From: a virus
Taxonomy: Duplodnaviria; Caudoviricetes
IMG/VR virus record: IMGVR_UViG_3300035396_000739
Coordinates: 1-28,080 of that record
Direction: 5' to 3' (one strand)
DNA: 28,080 nt
Below are positions 17,054 through 26,212 of the stretch, in pieces. Below the pieces are notes generated by a model. It saw only the letters and a list, made by a program, of their open reading frames with translations. It was not told where the DNA came from and searched no databases. The position numbers were made by a program, and so were the translations under genes. Position 1 is the first letter of the stretch; each line of letters opens with the position of its first letter.

Positions 17054-19060
17054 ATGGCTGAAAAAGATATAAACTTAGGGATAAACATTAACAGCACAGC
17101 TGCCTCTGGTAGCATTAGACAATTAAAAGATGAAATAAAATCTTTAAGGTCTGAAATGGTTAACTTTGATAAAGACTCCCCCGAATTCGATAAACTTGCT
17201 AGAGAAGCTGCTCAACTTACTGATAAATTGGATGATGTAAATGATGCAATCAAAAAAAATAAGGGGGAAGGATTTGAAGCTATAGGAAGACAAATTTCAA
17301 AATTGGGGGATGATTTACTTAATTTAGATTTTAAGGGGGTTAAAACACAATTAGTAAGTTTAGGAACAACTATTAAAGCAAACCCCATAATGCTTTTGGC
17401 TACAGTTGTTATAGGAATTGGATTGGCTTTATGGGAAATTAAAGATAAAGTAAAAATTGTTGGTCAAATGTTTGAAATATTTGGAGAAATTATTAATGAT
17501 GTAATTCAATATTTTAAAGATTTAACAGATTGGATGGGTATTACAGAATTTGCAGCTCAAGATGCTGCTGATGCTCAAATACAGGCAGCAAATGCAACAA
17601 GAGAAGCGGTTGAAGAAAGATATGATGCTGAAATAATTCTTGCTAATGCTATGGGGGAATCAACTTTTGAAATAGAACAAGAAAAAAGAATTGCTCAACT
17701 ACAAACTGTTAATAGTGCTATTGATGCTTATAAAAGAAAAACTGAAGTTGTATATAAATTAACTGATGATGAGAAAAAAGATTATGAAAAACTACAAAAA
17801 GATAAAAATAAATTAGATTTAGAATTTCAAGCTGCTAATTTAAAGTTTCATTACGAAAGAAAAAAAGAATTAGAAAAGTTAATTAAAGACGAAACTGCAA
17901 ATACTAAAAAAAATTATGCAGAAAGAATAAAAGCAGAAGAAACTTTATATTTACTTGGTAATTCCTTTATTAAAGATGAAGCTTTAAAAGAAAAAGATAA
18001 ACTTATAAGACAAAAAACTTTGTATTATGATGATATAAAAAATTATGCTGAAGAAATTAAAACAAATCAGTTTTTAAAAGAAAGAGCTTATTATGAAATT
18101 TTACAATTAAATAAAAAAATACAAAACCTAACAGCTATATTAGGAAAAGCAGCAGCATATAGTCAAGAAATTAAAAATTTAGAAACAGAAATTGATTTAC
18201 AAGTTGAAAAGAAAAAAGGTTTAGATGAAAGTATAAAATCTAACAATATTAATATAAAAATAGCACAAGATAGTATTAAATTATTAAATGAAGAAATAAA
18301 AGCAACATCTAAAAAATATAACATTCAAAAACTAATAATTTCAAATGAAGAAAAAATAGCTAAATTCAATTTAGATAAAGAACAAAGCGATAAAAATCTT
18401 TTAAATTCTCTTAAAGAAAGAGCAGCAAAAAGTAATAAAGAATATAATGATTTTTTAGAAAAAGAAAAAGAATTACCTTTAATATTAGCTCAAAATAGAC
18501 TTAAAGTTTTTAATGATAGCTCTGAAGCTGCAATGAGCTTTACTGAAGGATTATTTGCATTATCAAATCGTTTTTATCAAGACGATGAAAAAGCTATGAA
18601 AAAGAGAGCAAAAAATCAATTCATAATTTCAAAATCTCTTGCACTTGCACAAGCAACTGTTACAGGTTATTTATCTGTAATGGAAGCTTATAAAAATGGT
18701 GTTGCCAATCCAATTCCCCTACTTGGACCATCTACAGGAGCTATTTTTGCAACCATTGCTGGTGTTGCTGCAGCAGCTAATTTAATGAAAATTGCTGCAA
18801 CTCAATACAACGAAGGTGGTTCAACTGCAATGTCCCCATCCGTGGGGGGTAGCTCTGAACAACCAAGAAGTGAAGGTATTTCCCCTTCCTTAACAGCAAC
18901 AGGACAACAAAATAATTTAACTGGCAGAGTACAAAGTGCGAACTCAAACTTAAGACAAGAAGAAGGAACAAATCAAGCCTTTAGAGTTTATGTACTTGAA
19001 AGTGATATTACAAATACACAAGCTAAAGTTGCTCAACTAAAAGATAATAGTTCTTTGTAA
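17054..19060 (+). CDS. Tape measure protein
   Basis: Long A/K/E-rich helical protein; ANPIMLL hydrophobic segment; RVYVLESDIT..Q C-terminus. Confidence 0.8.
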   Translation: MAEKDINLGININSTAASGSIRQLKDEIKSLRSEMVNFDKDSPEFDKLAREAAQLTDKLDDVNDAIKKNKGEGFEAIGRQISKLGDDLLNLDFKGVKTQLVSLGTTIKANPIMLLATVVIGIGLALWEIKDKVKIVGQMFEIFGEIINDVIQYFKDLTDWMGITEFAAQDAADAQIQAANATREAVEERYDAEIILANAMGESTFEIEQEKRIAQLQTVNSAIDAYKRKTEVVYKLTDDEKKDYEKLQKDKNKLDLEFQAANLKFHYERKKELEKLIKDETANTKKNYAERIKAEETLYLLGNSFIKDEALKEKDKLIRQKTLYYDDIKNYAEEIKTNQFLKERAYYEILQLNKKIQNLTAILGKAAAYSQEIKNLETEIDLQVEKKKGLDESIKSNNINIKIAQDSIKLLNEEIKATSKKYNIQKLIISNEEKIAKFNLDKEQSDKNLLNSLKERAAKSNKEYNDFLEKEKELPLILAQNRLKVFNDSSEAAMSFTEGLFALSNRFYQDDEKAMKKRAKNQFIISKSLALAQATVTGYLSVMEAYKNGVANPIPLLGPSTGAIFATIAGVAAAANLMKIAATQYNEGGSTAMSPSVGGSSEQPRSEGISPSLTATGQQNNLTGRVQSANSNLRQEEGTNQAFRVYVLESDITNTQAKVAQLKDNSSL

Positions 19061-19089
19061 ACTTTTTTTAAACTAATATAATTTATAAA
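19059..19089 (+). promoter_or_regulatory. Late promoter motif (copy 2)
   Basis: AAAC ends 19062, TATAATTTATAAA starts 19077. Confidence 0.75.
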
Positions 19090-19102
19090 CAAAAACGTAA
19101 TT

Positions 19103-19648
19103 ATGAAAACATTTAACATTGGTGAAAAACAATACGACATTAAAACTGATTTAGACGAAATCGCTTTAGGGGAGTTCGCTCAAATAACAGAAATTTTATT
19201 AAAAGACTATGAACTATATATCGATAAATATGTTGATATAGTTTCTGTTTTATCAAAAATAGATAGAGAATTAATTGAAGAAATGAACTTAGATGATTTT
19301 CATGAAATAGTCAGCAAAGTTCAAAAAGTTAATTTAGAACAAAACCTTATTGTAAAAGAATTTGATGATTCAATAACAATTAATGACATTGAATATAAAG
19401 CTAAACTTAAGGCTGATGGTACATTTTCCCCCACCGTAAAAGAAGTTTTTCTAATAGAAGATGCTATTAAAAAACATAAAATAAACTATTTTATTTACTT
19501 TGCAGCAATCATCTTCCTTGAAGATGGGGGTAAATTAGACATTGAAAGTATTAAAGATAGAGCACAAATTTTCAAAGAAAATATGACAGTAAGTTTCATT
19601 ATGCCTTACATTACAATATTCTCTGAATATGTTAGAAGTAGAAAATAA
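19103..19648 (+). CDS. Putative tail assembly chaperone (paralogue 1)
   Basis: Acidic; LDEIALGEF...IEEMNLDDF; adjacent to TMP. Confidence 0.45.
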   Translation: MKTFNIGEKQYDIKTDLDEIALGEFAQITEILLKDYELYIDKYVDIVSVLSKIDRELIEEMNLDDFHEIVSKVQKVNLEQNLIVKEFDDSITINDIEYKAKLKADGTFSPTVKEVFLIEDAIKKHKINYFIYFAAIIFLEDGGKLDIESIKDRAQIFKENMTVSFIMPYITIFSEYVRSRK

Positions 19649-20402
19649 AACTTTTTCTTGGAATGATTTTTCTGTTGAAAAATTTCAACAATTAATAATT
19701 GAATTTAAAGAAAATACAGAAGAAGATAACATTGATATTTTATCTTTTTGTTTAGATGTTTCCCCCGAAGAAATTGAACAACTCTCATACGAGGACTATG
19801 TAAATTATTGTAATAAAATGTCTTTTATTTATTCAACCCCATCCTCAAAAATTTATAACTCTTTACAAGTTAAAAACTATAATTTTTATTTAAAAACATT
19901 TAATGATTTAACATTGGGGGAATACGTGGATTTAGAAAACTATGTTAAAGAACCAATAGAAAACCTACACTTAATACTGGCCGTTATGTATAGACAAATG
20001 GAGAGTGGGGGAGACACTTTAAATCCACCTCAATATGAAAAATACTCTCACTATGTTCAACATCGTTCAAGCCTATTTAAACAAGCTAATATAAATTTTT
20101 GTTATGGAATAATAGAATACTTTTTAAAATTTAGAAAAGAAATTTTAGAAAAATATGCTGGATTATTTGAAGAAAATAACAATGAAGAATTAAAAGAAGA
20201 AGAATTAAATAAATTAAATAGAACAGAAAGGATAGAAGTTGTTAATGCTGAAAAGCAGGAAAAAAAAAGACAGAAGTGGGGTTGGTTTCAACTTATATAT
20301 TCGCTATCAAACAATGATATACTTAAAATGGAAGCTGTTACAAACTTACCTTTAATTCAATGTTTAAATGTCTTGGCAATGAAAGCTGAAATGCAAATAT
20401 AA
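19629..20402 (+). CDS. Putative tail assembly chaperone (paralogue 2)
   Basis: WNDFSVEKF...IEQLSYEDY; DLTLGEYVDLE; KWGWFQLIYSL. Confidence 0.5.
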   Translation: MLEVENKTFSWNDFSVEKFQQLIIEFKENTEEDNIDILSFCLDVSPEEIEQLSYEDYVNYCNKMSFIYSTPSSKIYNSLQVKNYNFYLKTFNDLTLGEYVDLENYVKEPIENLHLILAVMYRQMESGGDTLNPPQYEKYSHYVQHRSSLFKQANINFCYGIIEYFLKFRKEILEKYAGLFEENNNEELKEEELNKLNRTERIEVVNAEKQEKKRQKWGWFQLIYSLSNNDILKMEAVTNLPLIQCLNVLAMKAEMQI

Positions 20403-20431
20403 ACAAAAATAAAAAAAATATAATTTATAAA
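20401..20431 (+). promoter_or_regulatory. Late promoter motif (copy 3)
   Basis: AAAC ends 20404, TATAATTTATAAA starts 20419. Confidence 0.75.
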
Positions 20432-20440
20432 TAAAAAACT

Positions 20441-21880
20441 ATGTACCCGACTTATAAAATTACTGTTGATGATATTGAACAAGGAATAACATTTATTAGT
20501 CTTGTTGATTCCCCCGCAATTAAAATTAAAGGTTTAGCATTTGGGGAACATAAAAATAAAACTTTAACAATTCCACTTTCATTCACAAATAAAGAAGAAA
20601 AAAATTTCTCATTTTCAAATAAAGAAGGAAAAAATTTCTCATTTTCAAGTGAAAAACAAATAATAGCAGGACCAACAATGATTCCTGACATTTCAATTTA
20701 TCGTGAAGATGAAGAAATGGGAAAATTTTATGTTGTTTTTGATAAACAAACAATACGAAAAATAGTAGAAAAATTTAATAAAAACCCCCATAAATTTCAA
20801 ATAAATGTTGACCATACTGAAAAAATTGTTGATGCATATATGCTTGGAAATTGGTTTGTTGAAGATAATAACTTTGATAAGAGTAGAAAATATGGATTTG
20901 ATAATTTGCCTATTGGCACTCACTTTGCAGAAGTAAAAATAGATGATGCAGAATTTTGGGAAAAACAAGTTAAAGGTGAAGGAAAATTTGGTTTTTCGGT
21001 TGAGGGGCTTTTTGGTTTAAAAATAAATAAAAATTCAATAATTAATAATTCAATACAAATGGAAAAAGAAAAATTAAAATTAGCTGAAGTTGAAGTATCT
21101 GAGATAAATTTAGAATATTACAGCAAATATGTTAAAGAAGATGGTAGCATAATATATATAAATAATGATTCAATTTACATTCAAAAAGGAGATGTTGTTG
21201 AAAAAGCTCCAGTTGGTGAATATAGAACACAATCAAATTATGTTTCAACAAGTGAAACAATAATTACAGTAACTGAACCTGGAAATATTAGTTCATCAGT
21301 ATCAAAAGAAACAGAAGATAGAAAATATTTAGGATTTAAACAAGTAAAAAATAATAAAATGGAAAAATTAAAATTTGCTAAAGTAGAATCTGCTGAAGCT
21401 AAATATTTTGTTGAGGGAGAAGTAGCAATTGGTAATGCAATTTATACTTTAAATGAAGAAACTTTAGAAAAAGAAGTTGCTAAAGATGGTGACATTACAT
21501 TAAGTGATGGACAAATGTTGGTTATTAAGGGGGGAAAAATTGCTGAGATTAAACCTGCTACAGTTCCAACAACTGAAGAAGATATGAAAAAAACTGAAGA
21601 TGCTCCAAAACCAGCAACTGAAGCTAAAGTTGAAAACGTAGAAGCACCAGCAGCTCCTGCAACTGAAGCCCCAGCTACTACCCCAGCCTTAGACGAAGCT
21701 AAAGTAATTGAAATCATCGATGCAAAAATTGCAGAAGTATATAAAGCAATTGCTGAAATGAAAAATGCTATGGATTCAAAAACTGCTGATGTTGAAAAAG
21801 AAGAAGTAATGGAAAATAAAGAGCAAAGTTTTTACGAAAAATTAGTAGCTTTTAAACAATTCAAAAACAAACAAAAATAA
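20441..21880 (+). CDS. Prohead serine protease (XkdF-like) fused to scaffold
   Basis: ISLVDSPAI, GPTMIPD..IYR, NVDH, GFSVEG; acidic A/P/E-rich helical C-terminus; precedes capsid. Confidence 0.82.
   Translation: MYPTYKITVDDIEQGITFISLVDSPAIKIKGLAFGEHKNKTLTIPLSFTNKEEKNFSFSNKEGKNFSFSSEKQIIAGPTMIPDISIYREDEEMGKFYVVFDKQTIRKIVEKFNKNPHKFQINVDHTEKIVDAYMLGNWFVEDNNFDKSRKYGFDNLPIGTHFAEVKIDDAEFWEKQVKGEGKFGFSVEGLFGLKINKNSIINNSIQMEKEKLKLAEVEVSEINLEYYSKYVKEDGSIIYINNDSIYIQKGDVVEKAPVGEYRTQSNYVSTSETIITVTEPGNISSSVSKETEDRKYLGFKQVKNNKMEKLKFAKVESAEAKYFVEGEVAIGNAIYTLNEETLEKEVAKDGDITLSDGQMLVIKGGKIAEIKPATVPTTEEDMKKTEDAPKPATEAKVENVEAPAAPATEAPATTPALDEAKVIEIIDAKIAEVYKAIAEMKNAMDSKTADVEKEEVMENKEQSFYEKLVAFKQFKNKQK
20586..20648 (+). 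repeat. 30-bp in-frame tandem duplication
   Basis: CAAATAAAGAAG(A/G)AAAAAATTTCTCATTTT twice, one mismatch. Confidence 0.9.
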
Positions 21881-21899
21881 ATTTTCTATAATTTATAAA
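21869..21899 (+). promoter_or_regulatory. Late promoter motif (copy 4)
   Basis: AAAC ends 21872, TATAATTTATAAA starts 21887. Confidence 0.75.
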
Positions 21900-21928
21900 T
21901 AAAATAATAACAATTAAAAATTTAAAAA

Positions 21929-22888
21929 ATGAGTAACAAGAAATTAAAATTCGATTTAACAGTTGATAGCTCTGCTTTACTTTGTCCAAACGCTGAACAA
22001 TTTTATAACACAGCTTATATCAGCTCACCTTCTTTACCAAACAATTTTAGAATGTTGCCTGATGTTAAATATAAAGAAGATATCGCAAATGTTGCATTCA
22101 CACAAGTATTGACAGCATCAACTTGCACTTGGGCAGCTTCGCCACAAACTTTGGCAACCGTAGAGGTAGCTGTTAAGGCGGTAAGTGCAATGCAAGAAAT
22201 GTGTCGTTTTACTTTAGAAACAACTTTCTTAAGCAAACAAATGGCAAAAGGTTCAAATGGTGATTTTACAGTAGCTTCGTTTATGAATTATTACTGGCAA
22301 GAAATATCAAATAAAATTTCTGCTGAAATTGAATCAATCAGATGGGTTGGAGACACAGACACAACAGGCACAGCTTCTGGTTCAACTTACACAGGTAACA
22401 ATTCTTATAGAACTTTGGTAGATGGTTATGAAAAATTGTTAGCTGCTAATGCTAGTGTTATTGATGTAACTGCTACAACTATTACAAGTTCAAACGTTGT
22501 TGCTGAAATAACTAAAGTTGTAAACGCTATCCCTGCCGCTTTAAAAGGTAGAACAAAAGAATTAAGAATTTATATGTCGCCAACAATTGCATTACAATAT
22601 AAAATTGCAACTGCTTCTCAAAATACAGTTAATTATATAACTTCTCCTTTAAACTTATCATTCTTAGATATCCCAATCGTTGAATGTCCTGGTATGACTT
22701 CTACAAAAATGGTTACCACTTTACCTTCAAACTTGGTTTATGCTTTCGATGGTATTGATGATTTAGCTCAATTAGAAACAATTGATTTATCGAAATCTGT
22801 TGCAACTCCAGTTTTAAGAACAAGAGTAGATTTAAAATTAGGTTTCCAAATTTTAAACCCAGCCGAAATTGTTTACTACGGAGCATAA
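21929..22888 (+). CDS. Major capsid protein (HK97 fold)
   Basis: 319 aa after the protease; IESIRWVGDT, VDGYEKL, IYMSP, GFQILNPAEIVYY; followed by a hairpin. Confidence 0.85.
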   Translation: MSNKKLKFDLTVDSSALLCPNAEQFYNTAYISSPSLPNNFRMLPDVKYKEDIANVAFTQVLTASTCTWAASPQTLATVEVAVKAVSAMQEMCRFTLETTFLSKQMAKGSNGDFTVASFMNYYWQEISNKISAEIESIRWVGDTDTTGTASGSTYTGNNSYRTLVDGYEKLLAANASVIDVTATTITSSNVVAEITKVVNAIPAALKGRTKELRIYMSPTIALQYKIATASQNTVNYITSPLNLSFLDIPIVECPGMTSTKMVTTLPSNLVYAFDGIDDLAQLETIDLSKSVATPVLRTRVDLKLGFQILNPAEIVYYGA

Positions 22889-22902
22889 TAAAAAATAAAT
22901 TA

Positions 22903-22934
22903 TGGGGGAACTAAAAACTCCCCCACAATTTTAT
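22903..22934 (+). terminator. Hairpin after capsid gene (terminator or mRNA stabiliser)
   Basis: TGGGGGA (22903-22909)/TCCCCCA (22919-22925), short T tract. Confidence 0.55.
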
Positions 22935-22969
22935 AAAAATTATTTATTAACAATTAAAAAAATAAAATT

Positions 22970-23494
22970 ATGGCTTGCGAAACAATTTTAAATGGAATAA
23001 ATTTAGGTTGCGAAAACGGTGTTGGGAATGGGGGTTTAAAAAAAATGTATATTTTACCTTCAAACTTTTTAACTGCTTCTACCGAAGTTTCTGGTAACAT
23101 TACAGTTATCGGAACAAGCGGCACAACTAAATATAAAGAATATGAATTTATAAAATTCACTGCAAACTACGTTGAAGCTGCTGCAATCAACAAAGAAAAT
23201 GGTTCTACATTTTTCACACAAACAGTAACTTTAAACTTACCTAAACGTGATGTTACTAAGAGAAATGAGATAGCGTTACTTGGTGCAGGACAACGCTCAT
23301 TGAACATTGTTGTATTAGACCAAAACGATACGTATTGGATGTTGGGAAAAACTAATGGTGCTCAATTAACAACTGTTGAAAGTGGCTCAGGAATGAAATT
23401 AGGTGACGGTTCAATGTACACAATTACAATGGTTGCTGAAGAACCTTATCAAGCTTACACAGTAAGTGCTTCTGCTATAACTTCGAATATTTAA
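22970..23494 (+). CDS. Major tail tube protein
   Basis: MAC...GC..GGLKKMY, ENGSTFFTQTV, VVLDQNDTYWMLG, YTITMVAEE. Confidence 0.72.
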   Translation: MACETILNGINLGCENGVGNGGLKKMYILPSNFLTASTEVSGNITVIGTSGTTKYKEYEFIKFTANYVEAAAINKENGSTFFTQTVTLNLPKRDVTKRNEIALLGAGQRSLNIVVLDQNDTYWMLGKTNGAQLTTVESGSGMKLGDGSMYTITMVAEEPYQAYTVSASAITSNI

Positions 23495-23517
23495 CAATAA
23501 ACAAATTTTCATGATTG

Positions 23518-23564
23518 CCCCGCACTTAAAAGCGTTTTTTTTAGAGTGCGGGGTTTTTATTTTT
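23518..23564 (+). terminator. Rho-independent terminator
   Basis: CCCCGCACT/AGTGCGGGG stem followed by TTTTTATTTTT. Confidence 0.75.
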
Positions 23565-23566
23565 AC

Positions 23567-23597
23567 AAACTTTTTGTTTTAAAATATAATTTATAAA
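23567..23597 (+). promoter_or_regulatory. Late promoter motif (copy 5)
   Basis: AAAC ends 23570, TATAATTTATAAA starts 23585, directly after a terminator. Confidence 0.75.
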
Positions 23598-23608
23598 TAA
23601 AAACCTGA

Positions 23609-23974
23609 ATGATTAACTTAACTCAAGATAAAGAAAACATTATTTTTTTAACTTTGTTTGAAAAACAAACATTAGAGTCCCCCTACTTTTTATTCGAATT
23701 TGAAAATGATTTGAATAATAAAAAGTTTTACTTTAATACCGAGGATATATCAACAGTACAATGCTGTAGGTATAATAAATTCATAGTTAATGTAACTGGG
23801 GGAACAGAAAATCTAAGTGGGGGTACAATTAAATTAAGAAACGGAAGTTATACTTATAATGTATATGAAGCATCCGCACAAACATTATCATATTCATCTA
23901 CAACAATGTTATCGTTAGAAACAGGAAAAGTTATAGTAGAAGGAACAGAAAATATAAACTCAATATATCAATAA
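23609..23974 (+). CDS. Virion structural protein (possible head completion)
   Basis: YFLFEF...RYNKF...YTYNVYE...LETGK beta-rich pattern; precedes portal. Confidence 0.45.
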   Translation: MINLTQDKENIIFLTLFEKQTLESPYFLFEFENDLNNKKFYFNTEDISTVQCCRYNKFIVNVTGGTENLSGGTIKLRNGSYTYNVYEASAQTLSYSSTTMLSLETGKVIVEGTENINSIYQ

Positions 23975-23977
23975 CAT

Positions 23978-25168
23978 ATGTCAATATTTAATTTCAATAA
24001 AAAAAAACCAGAGTCTGCAAAAGAAATTGTTAAAGAAGTTGTTGTAGAAGAAAAATTCAATAGCTATTTTGATAGTTTTAAAACACAAGTAGATTATTCA
24101 AATCCAGTCATATCTGACCGATACAATGTAAATGGTTATGTTCCATTTGATACAGATAATCTTTATCCTCAATTTTTAAATAAAATATATCAAAATAGTC
24201 CTATCAATAATTCTATTATTAATTTTAAAAAATTTTTAATTGCGGGGAATGGTTATACAACTGATGTGAGTAAATTGAGGGGGATGGATTTAATAAAATA
24301 TAATCAAATGATTTTACAATTCGCAAATGGCAAATCAATCGATGAAATTTTGGAAGAGTTAACTTTGAATTTTTTGCTTCATTCTGCAATTTATATTAAA
24401 ATAACTTGGAATGATAATTTTACACAAATAATAAAAAGAGAATTTTTACCTTGTGATAAAATTAGAAGTGGAGCAATTAATGAATACGGAGAAATAACAA
24501 AATATTATTATAATTTTAATTGGCAATATCAATCAAGATATAAAACAATTGAACTAGCAGCATTTAATAAACAAGATAAAACAAATAAAGTCCAACTATA
24601 TACATATAAAGTACCTTGTACTACAAATGATTATTATCCTTTATCTTCGTGGACAGCAGCAGCAAACTGGGCATATATGGATTGGCAAATTTCGTTCCTA
24701 CATAAGTCTAATATTGAACAATCTGTAAATCCTTCAATGATTATTAAGTTTTACAAAAAACCTGGTACACCTGAACTAAGGCGTAAAGTAATGCAAGAAA
24801 TGGAAGAATCAATGGCAGGAAAATCTGGATATGCAAAATTATGGGCATTTTTTAGTGATGGTAAAGAAAATAGTCCTGATATTATGCCAGCGCCAGTTAA
24901 CAATTTAGATAAACAATTTGTGGTTACTGCAACAGAAATACAAAGAAATATATGTTATTCACATTCAATAAACCCCCTAATTTTAGGAATAAAAACACCT
25001 GGGAGTTTAGGAAATGGAACCGAATTGGGTGAGAGTTATATGATATTTAATAACTGTATTATTAAACCTACCCAAAAACAAATTGAAAATGTAATTAATA
25101 ATTTATTTTTGCACTCAGGTTTAAATATCAATTTCCGATTAAATAATAAATCAATGATGGAGGTATAA
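23978..25168 (+). CDS. Portal protein
   Basis: DNLYPQFL..Y.NSPINNSII, YYPL, ICYSHSINPLILGIKTPGSLG, IKPTQ..IE. Confidence 0.85.
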   Translation: MSIFNFNKKKPESAKEIVKEVVVEEKFNSYFDSFKTQVDYSNPVISDRYNVNGYVPFDTDNLYPQFLNKIYQNSPINNSIINFKKFLIAGNGYTTDVSKLRGMDLIKYNQMILQFANGKSIDEILEELTLNFLLHSAIYIKITWNDNFTQIIKREFLPCDKIRSGAINEYGEITKYYYNFNWQYQSRYKTIELAAFNKQDKTNKVQLYTYKVPCTTNDYYPLSSWTAAANWAYMDWQISFLHKSNIEQSVNPSMIIKFYKKPGTPELRRKVMQEMEESMAGKSGYAKLWAFFSDGKENSPDIMPAPVNNLDKQFVVTATEIQRNICYSHSINPLILGIKTPGSLGNGTELGESYMIFNNCIIKPTQKQIENVINNLFLHSGLNINFRLNNKSMMEV

Positions 25169-25172
25169 TAAT

Positions 25173-25673
25173 ATGATATATTTAGTAACAGAAACTTGGT
25201 TAAAAGACAATACTAGCATTTGTAAAAACATAAGCATCGAAGATGTAAAACCTGCGATTATAGTTGCACAAGAACTTTTTTTATGTAATTATTTTGGGGA
25301 AAATTTTTACAACCATATTTTAAATGCATATGATACACAAACATTAACTGCTGATGAAATATTGTTATATGAAAAAATACGTCCAGCAATCGCTTATCGT
25401 GCTGCTGAAATGGCTGTTGTTGAACTTACATTACAATTTAGTAATAAAGGATTACAACAATTTTCTGGTGATAATTCTGCACCAGTTGATTTAAATAGTT
25501 TAATGGCTTTTAAAAATGAAATGATTAAAAGAGCGTCTGGATATGAACTTAGATTAAAACAATGGTTAGAATTAAATAAAACTAAATTCCCCATATTTTA
25601 CCCATCAACCGATACATTCGTAAAGCCAGCAGACCCAAACGAAGACTATGATTTTGAATTAGCAATTTACTAA
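25173..25673 (+). CDS. Head-tail adaptor
   Basis: KPAIIVAQE...GENFYN, IRPAIAY, SNKG; follows portal. Confidence 0.65.
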   Translation: MIYLVTETWLKDNTSICKNISIEDVKPAIIVAQELFLCNYFGENFYNHILNAYDTQTLTADEILLYEKIRPAIAYRAAEMAVVELTLQFSNKGLQQFSGDNSAPVDLNSLMAFKNEMIKRASGYELRLKQWLELNKTKFPIFYPSTDTFVKPADPNEDYDFELAIY

Positions 25674-25694
25674 ACAATTTAAAAAATAAAAACG

Positions 25695-25976
25695 ATGGAC
25701 AGAACTAAAGATTTTTTACAGAAAAACCTAAGCCTTGTATATTCAATAATTGTGTTGGCGGGTGTTGTTTTTGGATGGTACGATAATTTTAAAACGATGG
25801 AATTTGAAATACAAAAATACAATGAAAAATTTGAAAAGCAAGAAGTACAAATTGAAAACATAAATAATCAACTACGTGATTATAATTTATTACAGTATAA
25901 AGTAATTAAAATTGATGAAAACGTGAATATTATAAATAAAAAGATAGATGATTTTTTACAAATGAATAAACAATAA
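25695..25976 (+). CDS. Membrane protein, holin candidate
   Basis: One N-terminal hydrophobic segment (LSLVYSIIVLAGVVFGWY) plus coiled coil. Confidence 0.45.
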   Translation: MDRTKDFLQKNLSLVYSIIVLAGVVFGWYDNFKTMEFEIQKYNEKFEKQEVQIENINNQLRDYNLLQYKVIKIDENVNIINKKIDDFLQMNKQ

Positions 25977-26078
25977 CTCATGAAAAGAAGATGGATTTTA
26001 AGAGCAACAGCTCATTGCTCGAATGGTTGTACGGCAATGGGGATTTAATAATTAAACTCCCCCACAAAAAACATAAAC

Positions 26079-26150
26079 GTACAAATGGCTGAATGGTAAG
26101 GCATCGGATTGCAAACCCGAAGGTTGGGGGTTCGATTCTCTCTTTGTACT
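26079..26150 (+). tRNA. tRNA-Cys(GCA), slightly atypical
   Basis: Acceptor GTACAAA/TTTGTAC, D loop with TGG, anticodon loop TT-GCA-AA, T loop TTCGATT, U73 discriminator; CCA not encoded. Confidence 0.85.
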
Positions 26151-26155
26151 CAAAA

Positions 26156-26191
26156 AAAATGGATGCACTAAATTAATAATGCATCCATTTT
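26156..26191. terminator. Bidirectional terminator between the converging arms
   Basis: AAAATGGATGCA/TGCATCCATTTT 12-bp stem. Confidence 0.8.
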
Positions 26192-26212
26192 CTATTCAAA
26201 AAAACAAAAAAA

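Noticed and set aside
19629-19648. Programmed -1 frameshift between the chaperone-like genes
   Set aside because: The second ORF is in the +1 frame, has its own ATG and no XXXYYYZ heptamer is evident in the overlap
4335-25861. Short - strand ORFs within the late arm (4335, 9135, 11420, 18777, 20452, 20693, 21442, 22015, 22954, 25394, 25679)
   Set aside because: They lie opposite well-supported genes and have no motifs or initiation context
25980-26092. Tiny ORFs (22 and 33 codons) between the holin candidate and the tRNA
   Set aside because: Too short and without motifs; one runs into the tRNA, and the region is better explained as tRNA leader hairpins
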